In this document: in pieces, positions 27,682 to 39,955 of the stretch
Layout: each line of letters begins with the position of its first letter
How positions within the stretch are numbered: the first letter of the stretch is position 1
NCBI GenBank assembly: GCA_964304625.1
Contig: OZ199840.1
Coordinates: 944,533 to 1,008,532, forward strand
DNA from: Kudoa neothunni
Lineage: Eukaryota; Animalia; Cnidaria
Direction of reading: 5' to 3'
Length of the DNA stretch: 64,000 nucleotides
Made by a program: the position numbers and the translations under genes
Notes under the pieces: generated by a model
Database searches by the model: none
What the model saw: only the letters and a program-made list of their open reading frames with translations
What the model was told of the DNA's origin: nothing

Positions 27682-29295
27682 AGATACATTAATAATTCAT
27701 CATATTAAATTTTAATATTGCGTGTGTTTAAACAAAATATTTGCGAGTTCTTTTAAAGGATTATTACCTCTTGAAAATATATTTTTATGTTAACTTTAAG
27801 TCTTATTCGAAAATAATATTATTTATTTATTAATATAACAAATCATTAAAAAATCTTTTTAGCAAACCGAATTTATTCAGAATTTCCCCCAGCTTCGGTA
27901 GACAAACAATCTTACTACATAAGTTTCATTATATTTTTGGATTTTTTATTAAATAATCCCTGATTAGACGAGGTAAGTCTGAGTATTATTAAGACTTTTC
28001 TACCTGTTGGAATTAACACATAGCAACTCCGAAAATATAATATATTGGCTTTTAAAATGAATTTGAACCTAAAAAATTTCAGTTCCTAATTAATTAAAAT
28101 AAAAATAATTATATAATATTTTTACAGATTAATTTTGAATTTTGGAGAATAATATTATATTCCATTTTATAAAAATACAACGGGGCGATAAGCGCTTTAT
28201 TATATTTCTCTTCGTTATTTTAAGAACAATGAAATACAAACATATATACTGTTGAAAAAATAATAGTTAATTCTAATTTTCTTATTATTGTTAGTGAATT
28301 GATAATTAAAATATAATGATAGAATAATTCCACATTATTTTATTACAAAATAAAAAGTTTTATAATTCTGCGGTTTTTAGAAATTTTTTATTTAGGATTG
28401 ATTATTTTATAACAGTAATATAACAAAAGGGATAATAATGTTATTGGATAAATTTTCTATTAATTGGATCCCTTCTGCGAGCTTTTCTGCTAAAAAAGTG
28501 TCGACTATTTTTTAAAAGAAAATGCTAATTAAAAAAATGATTGATTATTTTTAAATAATATTATATAAAAATATATTTATATGTATATATCTATCGAAAG
28601 TAAAGTAAAGTATACAGCTAATACATTAAGAAGTTAGACGTTCTTTACAGTAACAACTTAAACTATAAAAACTACAATCAAATTATATTAATCCAACTTT
28701 TTGATGAAAATTCTAAGAAAATACAATAAAGATTGGATATCTCTTGAGTTGTTATTGAGTAATTTAAGATATTCTTTATGAAAATAATTAATTTGTAATT
28801 TAATTTTAAATGAATAATCATTTTATTTATTAATTTAAGAAACAATTAAAAAATATCTTCTATATGTGCTCCTGGCTCATTGTTACGCATAAATTTGTTA
28901 TTGCATAATTTTTTGGACCGAGAATAAATTACACAAGATCGAATCTCGACTGTAGATTTTAATAAGTACGAGTATACTTTACTCTAAAGAATCCATTTAA
29001 CATCCCAATTATTTTATCAATTTTGGCATAATATTTAATGAAATTTTATAATTATTCACTGTAATTGTGCAATTTTATTTCTAGAAAATCAACGAAATAT
29101 TTATTTAATCAAACTTCAATTTTAGTTATGTTCTCAGACGTTAAAGTTTTGTAATAAATGAAAAACATTAGCCTAGAAGCTCTCTAATAGAGTGGAAATA
29201 TAAACAATGTTGGGAAAGTAATAATAATAATAATATAGTTAAGAGATAATGCGACAAATAAGGTAAGTTTACGTAAATATAAATAATAATATTAA

Positions 29296-30533
29296 TTAGT
29301 TTTGGCCATGAATATTTGATAATTCTATATTTTCTAGTTCCGGAATTTGTCTTGAAGCTCTCCGTTCTTCATATATTGTTTGACCGTTAAATAATACACT
29401 TCCTGATATCACAGCAACTGCACTAATGACATAATAGGCTGTCAACTATTTGTGCTGTTACTTTAACACTAAATAAAAATATAATCATACATTATTATAT
29501 TTAATAGCATCGTAAATGATTGTGTATAAATCGGACGTAACCAAAGACATTCTAAAACCGGAGGCATGGATATGTTTTATCACAGATGGAGATAATATGT
29601 AATAGATTACAAGGGCTGAATTGAACAAGAATATTAAAGTTACTATAATAGGATGGAAATTATATAAATAAATTTTAGAATTTAACATACTTGATTCTCG
29701 AGTCCATTTTATAGTTGAAAATGTTTCATATTCCAATAATATTCTACGAATGAAAATTTATATCGAATAAAAATTGTCGTTATTCTATCTTACCCCTGAA
29801 ATAAAACAAATACGCTAGCAAACAGCCCATGAAAAAACAATAGCTCATCATAATTATTCTCTCCTCCCAGACTTTCCACTATAAGATTTGATACACAAAT
29901 CAGAACACATCGTCCCAACACCAACAGTGCACCAACTATTGGATTTGAACCTATTACATTTATTTTTGGTTATTCAAATATAGAAATAAAAACCTTCTGT
30001 TAATCTTGTAAAATCGTTTCTCACATTAATAATCACAAGTGAAACTACACCAGCAACTGCGAATAACGTTCCAACATAATGCAGTCGCTTGTATTTGGCT
30101 TTAAAGACGAAGATCGACAACAATATAACAATCGGAATCGCAGAAGCATCGATTAGCTATAGAATTATGCAAATTAAAAAAAAAATGTATTTACTTTAAT
30201 GCTAGACAACGAGATCAACTGGAAGGCTTTGGTAATGATAAAATTCGCTTCCACTTCAAAGAATGCGTAAAGGAAGTATTTCCACCAATTTTGTTTGACC
30301 GAGATCCATCGGATGGTACCTTTCTGTACATTTGCTTTAAACCCATACATGCATAACAATATAGCATATGCAAGGAATGATTGTAATGTGAGTGTATTTT
30401 TGTGATATTTTTTTTCCAGCTGTTCCGATGTGCTGGCACACACAAAAATCAAAAATGATGCTAGTTGGCCAACAATGGCATATATAATTATTAAATTATT
30501 ATCCCTCCATTGTTTTATTCGCTCAAAATTCAT
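29296..30533 (-). CDS. SLC35F1/F2-like transporter, copy 4
   Basis: ATG at 30533 (MNFERIKQW), WWKYFLYAFFEVEANF. Exons and introns closely similar to copy 5. Confidence 0.88.
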
Positions 30534-31404
30534 TTTGTAAATATTTATGCGATAATCTTTCAATTTATTATTATGCCTTCATGGTAATAATTTATATTGC
30601 ATTTATTTAGAGTGAATATTTACAAGTCCTTTTTAAGGATTATTACATTTTAGAAAAACACATTAATATTAGTTTTAAGCCGAATTCGAATAAAGTATTC
30701 AATATTGGGCGATATCACAATTAAGTATTTATATGATAATTTTTAGCAGGCAGGTTTTATTTAGAAGTTTTCCCAGATTTGGCAAATAAAAAATATAAAA
30801 TTGTCATTAGATTTGAAATAGTTCGATTGTTGAATACATAATACATAATCCATAACCCATAATTAGTTATGACAAGTATAAATATTCCTGAGAATTTTCT
30901 ATTTGTCGGAATTGACATGACAGCTCTACCAATATTAACATATATATGTGTTTGCTTGTTACGATTTCTAAAAAATGATTAATTCTTAATTAATGTATGC
31001 ATAACGGATTTGTATAGTATTTATACTGATAGATTGTAAAGAAAAATATTTTATTCACGTTGTTATGGTTTTACAGCTATGGGAAAATCGTTTATTTTTA
31101 TCTTTTCATTATTTTAAAAACATTGATACACGTAACTTTATAATTATAACGTTAAAAATTATTAGTCACTCCATAATTGATCATTTTAATTAGCATATTG
31201 AAGGTAAAAATATAAGAATAGTAAAGCTCCAAAAATATGATTTCAACAAGATTCGTTAGGAAATATAAAATTATTTATCAAAATTTTATATATAATAGAT
31301 TATTCCATAATAATAAATGAAATAATCAATTTAATTAATTAATGAAATGAATGAATGAATGAATGAATAAATAAATAAATATTTTTCTTATTAACCCTCT
31401 AACG

Positions 31405-32013
31405 TAGGGGTTTTCAACCGAAGGTAAATTAAATAACTTCAAAATTAGATAGGGAGAATTTTTGCATTATGAGTTTGTGAAGTACTTCCGGATTTCTATG
31501 GAATCATATTATTCAGGGTTATTAAATTCAATATTTAGTTGGCAGATATTCTTAAAATGTTTTTCGAAATACATATTTAACAAATATTTATAAAACTATA
31601 AACAGTCTCCTTCTTTTATGGGTCGTTTATTTTTAAATGGTATAGCCTAATAATAATACTTAAAGTTACATTCTGCGTGGTAAATAATATTTAAGTGTCA
31701 TTAGTTTTGACTATTTTTAATTATTTCTAGTCTTTAAGAGTGAAGGATTGAGAAAGAAACAACTTGAATTAGTAAAATCCGAAAAATAAAAACTGTATAC
31801 AGCTTGTGAGTAAGAGTTGATGAGATTAACAATCTTCATTATGCAAGCGTACGTGACTTTTAGGACCAGAATTTACCCCTCAAATAGCTTCTGTTTAAAT
31901 TAACTAGTTAGAACCTTAAGATAAATACGAATTTGGCTTTAAAGTTAGGGAGTAAATTTAAATTTTTCATCAGGTTGAGAAGGCAATTTTGAAAAAACGG
32001 TTGAGAACTCCTG
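31405..32013. mobile_element. Non-autonomous hAT element (609 bp) with 8-bp TSD
   Basis: TIRs TAGGGGTTTTCAACCG / CGGTTGAGAACTCCTG (13/16 complementary). Exact 8-bp direct repeat CTCTAACG at 31397-31404 and 32014-32021. Confidence 0.9.
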
Positions 32014-32339
32014 CTCTAACGGATTTGGGGTGTATTACACCTAAACTTGCAAATTTCGGGATTTGTGTTTTTTTAAATTTGTTATATTATTCTTTCTCAC
32101 TTTATATTGAGAATTAATTAACATTTTTAGATTAAGTTTGTGCTTTGCATGGGTATGTTTATGAATTCTCTTATCAATAATTAATCACATTTTTCTCAAA
32201 AATAAATGTACTTTTTCGCATGATGATCCTGTTCTTATAATCCGTCTGCACTCATGACCATCATTCAATATCCGTGAAAGAAGACACAGGTTCTTGCTTA
32301 TTTGGAAGTCGGTGAACGAATCGGAATGCATTTGCCGAG

Positions 32340-32620
32340 GACAGACCGCATATCGATGTGACACTCGGGTTCAGAACCTTGAGGTAATGGGTTCGAATCC
32401 GCCAGTGGGTCTCTTTCCCATATTTGGGAGCTCGGTAGTTAAAGTGTACGCTCGCTAGGAAGTGGGATGAGCGTGAATAGGAGTTTAAATCTCTGGAACC
32501 CATCGAAAGATCGAATGGCAAGTAATTTTCAGCCCTCACAGAGCCAATGTCCTTAAAGGGATAGGGTTTGGGGTGGTGGTCGCCCTGGGACGAGGATGAA
32601 TAATGGGTTAAAATCCAACA
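32340..32620 (+). other. GC-rich island with degenerate tRNA-like units (SINE head, tRNA pseudogenes or structured ncRNA)
   Basis: Three B-box/T-loop-like motifs (GGTTCGAATCC ~32389, GAGTTTAAATCTC ~32481, GGGTTAAAATCC ~32605), an A-box-like GCTCGGTAGTTAAAG, and hairpins. Cloverleaves are imperfect. Confidence 0.4.
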
Positions 32621-33102
32621 CTACCGCATAAATATAAGGAGTGGGGTTTCATGTTACGTCTTGCGGTGCCTAAAGCGTTGATGGAAGAGGTATGACCAAC
32701 TTGAATTCCACAACTTAATATGTTGCACCAGGAGATTTACCTTGTAAACAAAAAATCTAGACTATAGATTTTAATATGTGGGAATAAACTTTGTTTTAAA
32801 TAATTCATGATATATCCCGATTACTTGCTTCATTATGGTATAATATTTAAAAGAATTTTTATAATAATTCATTACAATTATGAAATTTTATTCTCAACAT
32901 ACCGATAGAATATTCAATTAATCCAATTTCATTTTTAATTATGTTTTCAGACATTAACGTATTATAATAATTGTAAAATGTTGGTCGAAAATTTTTAAAT
33001 AGATCGAAAATATAAAAAACATTCGCAAAGCAAACACAATGTAGTGAACAGACAATCAAATCAGATAATTTTAGCTAAATAGTAATTAATAGCAATTATT
33101 CT

Positions 33103-34315
33103 TTATAATTCTATATTTTCCAATTCCGAATTTTGCCGCGAAGCATTCTGTTCTTCATAGAACGTTTGACCGTTGAACAATACACATCCTATTATCATGG
33201 CAATTGCACCAATGGCATAATAAGGTGTCAACTAAGTGTGCTGTTACTTTAACGCTAGATCAAAATTTCAACATACATTATTGTATTCAACAGCATCGTA
33301 AATAATTGCATATAGATCCGCCGTAATCAACGACATATTTAAACCGGAAGCATTAATATGTTTAATCACCAATGGAGATAATGTGTAAAACACTATAAGG
33401 GCAGAATTGAACAAGATTATTAAAATTACTATAATAGGATGGAAATTATACAAATAACTTTTAGAATTTAACATACTTGATTCGCGAGTCCATTTTATAC
33501 TTGAAAATGTTTCATATTCCAATAACATTCTATGGATGAAAATTATAATCGAAAAAAAATTTTCGTCGTTCCATGTTACCCTTGAATTAACACAAATACA
33601 CTAGCAAATAATCCATGAAAAAACAAAAGCTCATCAAAAGTATTCTTTTCCTTCATACTTTCTACTATAATATTGGACACACAAAGTAGAACACATCCTC
33701 CCAACACCAACAGTGCACCAACTATTGGATTTAACCCTATAAAATTTATGTTGATTATTAAAATATATATGGAGAAAACCTTGTGTTAACTTTGTATAAT
33801 CGTTTCTAACGTTAATAATCACAAGTGAAACTACTCCGGCAACTGAGAATAACGCTCCAAGATATTGCAGTAGCCTGTATTTGGTTTTAAAGACAATAAT
33901 TGACAACAGCATAACAATAGGTATCGTAGATGAATCGAGTAGCTACAGATTCATGTAATAGAAATTTAAAATAAATAATTGCTTTGATGCTAGCCGAAGA
34001 GGTTAGTTGGAAAGCTTTGATCATGATAAAATTTGCTTCCATTTCAAAGAATGCGTAAAGGAAGTATTTCCACCAATTTTGTTTGACCGAGTTCCATTGT
34101 ATAGTATCTCTATTAACACTTGCTATAAAACCATACATAAAAAACAACAGAATATATGTAGGAAATGATTGTAATGTGGGGATATTTATGTGATATTTTT
34201 TAACAAGTTGGTCAGAACAATAAGTGTACGCAAAACTTATAACCGACAAGGCTTGAGCGACCATTGAATAGAAAAATATTGCATTATTTTGGATCCATCG
34301 ACTTATTTGGTTCAT
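33103..34315 (-). CDS. SLC35F1/F2-like transporter, copy 5 (first intron has a GC donor)
   Basis: WWKYFLYAFFEMEANFIMIKAFQLTS. Intron 33943-33982 reads GC..AG. Stop at 33103. Confidence 0.82.
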
Positions 34316-35835
34316 ATTTGTACTTTATAACAATATGTGCAGTAATTTTTCAAAACATCAATATTTGCATTACATAATTCTTTGTGTGGGTTATATTTTG
34401 AATAAGTAATTGAGTATGATTTTTAGGGATTATTGCTACGTCGAATTAAATACATTGTGTTTGTTTGAGGTATATTAGAATATGATTCGCTTAGCTGTGA
34501 GGTCCTTTACGTTCTTTAAATCCAACGTGAATTTGTAAATAACAATTTTTTTTAACCTCAAGTTATTAATGTAAGTCTATTTTTACATATAATATATATT
34601 TAATGTCTAATTATCTTTATTAAATGCCTGTTTAAATTACTTACTAAATGCTTAAAAATGCCAAAATTGAATGGAAATACTTTTGTGGAGTTAGTTTCCA
34701 TAATATTAAAGCTATGAATCAATGTATAAGCTTTAAACTTATTTATAGACACAAATATGATTAGTTTATAAGTAATGTGAAGAAAGTGATTAATGATATC
34801 CAAAATAGACTCATACGGTTAATAAGGAATTACTGGATGCGTATACATTTAGATACTCATCCATTCTAATTGATATTTTCATGTCTTATTATAATAATAA
34901 TGTTATAATCATACATATTATATCATAATTTTGAATATTGTTACCGCCTTAGAATTAAAATTAAGTAAAATTAAAATATTAGCGCATCGCAGATTGTCTT
35001 TATAAATCAAGCACCATATTTAATATGGAGTACGTTTTCAAATCTAAGAGAAAAATAATATTTATTTTCAACCAAATTATAAATTAACTATTTGAACATT
35101 ATATATGAGTGTTAGATTTTTATTATAATTAGACATTAATATGTATATACAAAGTTTAGTCAACATTCGAGATATTTATTTATCCAAATTTAATTGAAAT
35201 ACTAAAAAACATAATCGGCTATTAATTATTACATATAAATATTTTTTAATATTTTGCGTTATTTGATGCTAAATAAATATAGACATGACTTGACGCTCAT
35301 ATTGAGTTTGTGATCAAACAATCCAATAAATTCCATTTTTATATTTTATTACTCACGAAAAGATAAGATATAAGGGAGTTTGTCTTTACCCAACATTTAT
35401 TCGTTCATCATGAATATGGTTGCATTTTGAACAAAAAATACTATATTATCTATGTTGCGTTATTTCTATTAATCAAACATAAACTTAAATTGAATAAATA
35501 ACGAACATATGTATCAAAAAAATAAATGTAGATGCCATTTTAACCAGGCATTAATTCATTTTTTAAGAAATTTTTTACCCGAAAATTCCAGAAAAAAGTT
35601 GTTTCGGATTGCGGTTTCTGAAATTTTGGTTATACGAAATTTTTTTATTTAGAATCTACATCATTTACAAATAAATTTTAAATAATTATTCGGATAACAA
35701 GATTTTCGGACAAACGAGTTTCGACTGTATATGTAATATTTTCTCATTTTACAATATCCTTCTCTATCTTTAAATACATAGAAGCAAATAATTATCGCAA
35801 GAAACAGTACGAATGTGGGTGTCAAATATTTTGTT

Positions 35836-35877
35836 GGCAGTGGCTATTGCAACGGATCCGTCGCGATATCCACTGCA
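35836..35877. mobile_element. 42-bp TIR-only element of the GGCAGTGGCTATTG family, probable 9-bp TSD
   Basis: 20-bp inverted arms (16/20) separated by 2 nt. Flanks TATTTTGTT / TATTTTTTT (8/9 identical). Confidence 0.6.
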
Positions 35878-37242
35878 TATTTTTTTAGACACGTTTTATT
35901 TATCTTTAAATAATTTAATATATTTAAAAAAATTCTTTTCTCTTTAATATAGGTCCATAAGATCCAAACGAATTTAGAAAACGGAAAATTTATTCGCTTC
36001 GAGTACGTTAGAGTACTACACGTTTCCAAACACAAGATCATAACTCTTTAATTTCATCGAGTTTCAGTTGAATTTAAAATACCCCCTATATATATATATA
36101 TTACTTTCAACCTTCAATTTAAAAATTCTATCCGCCCGTAAATATAAGTATGCGCACATATACATACATCCCCTTTGCAGACTCCTCTTAAAATATTTTA
36201 GTTGGAATGCTCATTTTGAAAATTTTTTGATGAATTAAATGAATATTAGGATTGCCTTTATTTTTAATCGAAACTGCTCGTTAAATTGAATTTGAAACAA
36301 TGAGATTCATCTTGGGCTTGTAATATTACATCATCTAACTATTTAATTGAGTAAATATAAAAGGTTGCATAGTTATTTATTAAAAAGAATATATTATAGT
36401 TTGTATCGGAGTTAAGGTATTAATTTAAGCAATATAAATTAGTATTCGTAAGTTTTCATCTGTCTATCTATCTATATTGTTTTATTATTTTATAATCTCC
36501 GTAATATATTTTATTTTTAATTATCTTAAATTTTATTGTTAAAATTATAGTAATTTAAAGAATTTTTAATTTAATTCTGTCAGTGGATGAATTGGAAATT
36601 AATATATTTCTTGTAATGGTTTTAAGATATTTTTTAATTCAAAGTACTCTCAAATAGGAATGAAACCGATTATTTTGCATTATTAATTGATAATTACCTA
36701 TTTTTTTAATTTTTATAAAATAAAATATTTTGTTATGAATATAATAGTTACAAGAATTTATTATAATTTTTATATGAATAATTATAAACTAAGATTTACC
36801 AAATTAATTATATAAAATAATAATTAATATAAAAACATAATGAAGGATATGTTGGTCTTGAAAGAAAATGAAGATTTATAATTTTAAAAATATATTTTAT
36901 TAAGTTGTATAATTAAAATACAAATTCTGGAGTTTCGCCTAAAATTTGTTGTCCATTTTAATGATGAGATTTTAGCTCTATTAAAACAATTACTCATGCC
37001 TAGATTATTCGACAAATTATTTAGATACGAAGATTTTATTATATGATCAAATGCTTTGATATTATTTCTTACTACATAATGTAAAAACGTAATGAATGAT
37101 TTTTCAATGTATATATTTAAATTGGAAACATGAATAATTAATGAGTTCAGTATAAAGTAGACGACCATGCTCAATTATATATTTCCTCGTTGTGGGGTGA
37201 AATGAGAATACCGTAACATTATCAGTTTAGTTAAATAGTTTC

Positions 37243-39547
37243 CTAGCGAATACCCATCAAAGTCAAATCTAATAATGTGTGAGAATTATGAAGGTGACTG
37301 AGAAAAGTTGATTCTGACATATTTATTGTTGAGGCAGTGTTGATAAAAAGTATGACATCCCCAACCTAATTTCAACATTAACGAAACGTTAATCATATCT
37401 ATAATAATTACCCTGATTTTTTTGCTATTAATCGCAGGTTTGTCCTCGAGCAAGTTAACAATGATGTATTTATCTTGCATGCTTCTATAAACTTGAACCC
37501 CATACGATTCTTCCCATTTCTTGTGTAGCCTGCAGAAATGATTTGGTATTCTTTTTCTGGTCGATGGTTTCTGATAAATCTCATATTAGTTGTTACTTCG
37601 GTTATACTACTGGTGGAAGACTCTGAATCAGTATATAGGGCGTTTTTATCTTTGTTCTCATCGGAATCATCGTTGTGGTCCGAATCTAATCATTCAAAAA
37701 TTTTAATCACTTTCAATAAATTAAAGCTAATAAGTGAAATTACAAAAGTTCAATGTGGTTGGACTGACACAGCCAAAATTGCGCATTACACCTATTTTAA
37801 TTTTGTTTTCGTATTTCCAATTAATTGTAAGAATATCTCTAATGTCGTCAAGACTTTTGTACATGACAAATTGGTTATTAATATACAAGACAACATCACC
37901 ACGCTTAGGTGATAGCCATTGATTTGGCATGATTGTAGGAGTGTAGCCAGTGATGATGGTAGGGGTAAAGATTGTGGACACCTTAGTAAAATCTCCTCCA
38001 TCTAGATCGAGTACTTGCATTGGGTTTTCAATCATCACTACTTCCATAAATCGGTAGTTGTATTTCACTCTAACAAAATGTTCAAAATGGAAATTAATCA
38101 TTTCTTTACTTGTCTTTTTGTATAGAGTTAAAATAGTCGAACTGATTAAGTAAATATTTCTCTTTAAAGGTAAACGTTTTTTTCAAATTAGGACGAATGC
38201 GTAACAAAATTAACGTATACATCTTGAAATGAGTGGAACCGGTTAATATTTTAAAGATGGCGTCCGTTTCCCCGTTAAATGCAGAGTAATTGTTGACAGA
38301 TAGTATATAATCACCAGCAAAAATACAATCGCGATATTTGAAAGCGGTGAGTCCGAACTGGATTCGATTAATTTGAACCAATGGTGGAAAACTTTCACAC
38401 TCTTTTTGATTCTCGGGCGAGTCTTCTTCAAAAATAGGAAAAGGGACAAATCTGATGTCCAACCCAAAAGAAAGTGTGTCACATGCAATCTCAACCTCCA
38501 CAAAATCGACCATCATTTTGCATTGTAACTCGTTAGTACGCAAAAGAGTTTGTTGTCTGCCTAGACGTTTAACTCGATTTGAATTGTCAGGTTTCCTACG
38601 TCAAATAATAATTAATTTCCGCCTAATGACGATGCAAATAGTTACTTAGGTACACAAACTTCCTTTTTCTCCTCAACAACTACCTTATCAGCAGTCCTAT
38701 TCCTTTTTTTTACTTTTTCCCTAAATAACATGGCAGCCTAGTTTCATCTATTAAAAAGCAATTGCTAACCATTCAACTGGTAGATCAGGATCACTATCGG
38801 AGAAATTTTTGAAATGCCTACAAAAATTTCCATTGACACAATAGTGAAGTTTTTGAGCATAAAGTTTACATTTTGTTCATTTTATATTTTGATTTGCGGT
38901 GGAAGCGGGTGAAATATCTTTCGTGAATATGAGTTTTGTCCACGGAATTATGACAAGGGAACCTCAATCCAAAATAAATATCTCCAACATTGAAACTGTA
39001 CACAAACAATGAATCTTGTTTCATCATATCAAACAACTCTGTGGTGATTCTCACACAGCGATTGTTTTGTACCTTTGACTTTGGTTTACTTCTATCGGTT
39101 CTCGGTAGTATGCAATAAACTACAAACACATATAAGCCCAAAAAAGGACAGCTTTTTAAACTCACATAATGTGCTTATTTTTGTTATATTTTGAATAGTC
39201 CTCGCTTTAAATCTCCCATCAAAGGAGGTTTCCTTATATTTTCTAGCTAGATATTCGTCCAACTTGTACATTATAGGTATGCATTGGGTAAGTTCTATTC
39301 TGATGGAACGTTTACCTGCTTCGTTTAGTATACTTAATGCGTTATACAATGTGCCACCGCACACATCTTTTCCATCTATTGAAATAACAACCTTGCCTAC
39401 TTCAAACTGACGTTTATTGCATATGGTGTGGTCTACACTTTCTACTCTGACAAATTGGTTCTCGTCGGAACCGCCGCATAATGTTAGCGTTGCCGAAATG
39501 GTACTCGCTCTTAATTTTACAACTTGCACCCTTTTACGACAAACCAT
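37243..39547 (-). CDS. Divergent MAGI-like multi-PDZ protein with degenerate guanylate-kinase-like segment, paralogue 1
   Basis: N-terminal PDZ (LCGGSDENQF...IDGKDVCG) followed by LARKYKETSFD..IQNI and FDMMKQDSLF...GDIYFG, colinear with MAGI PDZ0-GK. Further PDZ units: AGDYILSVNN, RGDVVLYINN, KIR|VGDVILFIN. Stop at 37243. Start codon not certain. Confidence 0.75.
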
Positions 39548-39955
39548 TGGTTTGGAAACGCATAGTTTACAATTCAGATAACATTACCAACCAGATCTTA
39601 ACTTGACACATTTAGATTCCATCACGTTAATTAGTTTATACCCTCGCTGAATAAAAACATCAGATTTGTGGCGTCTTCCTCAGATTGTAGGCGGCTATTC
39701 TTTTAAATATTACAACTTATTGTCTAAATTTATTTTATGGTTATGATTCCAGGTTACAAGGTATTCAGTGATAGCATCCAATTATGGAACAATAAATATA
39801 TCCAATTAAGAACAGTTAGAGATTCCATCGCTCTAATTAGGTGTTAAGAGTGAGAAGAATAGTGACGCAAGTGATAAAATTTGGTACATAATCCTCCACA
39901 AAAATATCTATATAAGGGTCGGTGAAAACTTCTAGTTCTGATACAACTAAAATAC

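Noticed and set aside
32300-32630. RNase P/MRP RNA or U3 snoRNA (GGAAGTCGGTG resembles CR-I; GAGCGTGA resembles U3 box B)
   Set aside because: No complementary CR-V/P4 strand, and no correctly placed U3 boxes A/C/D were found.
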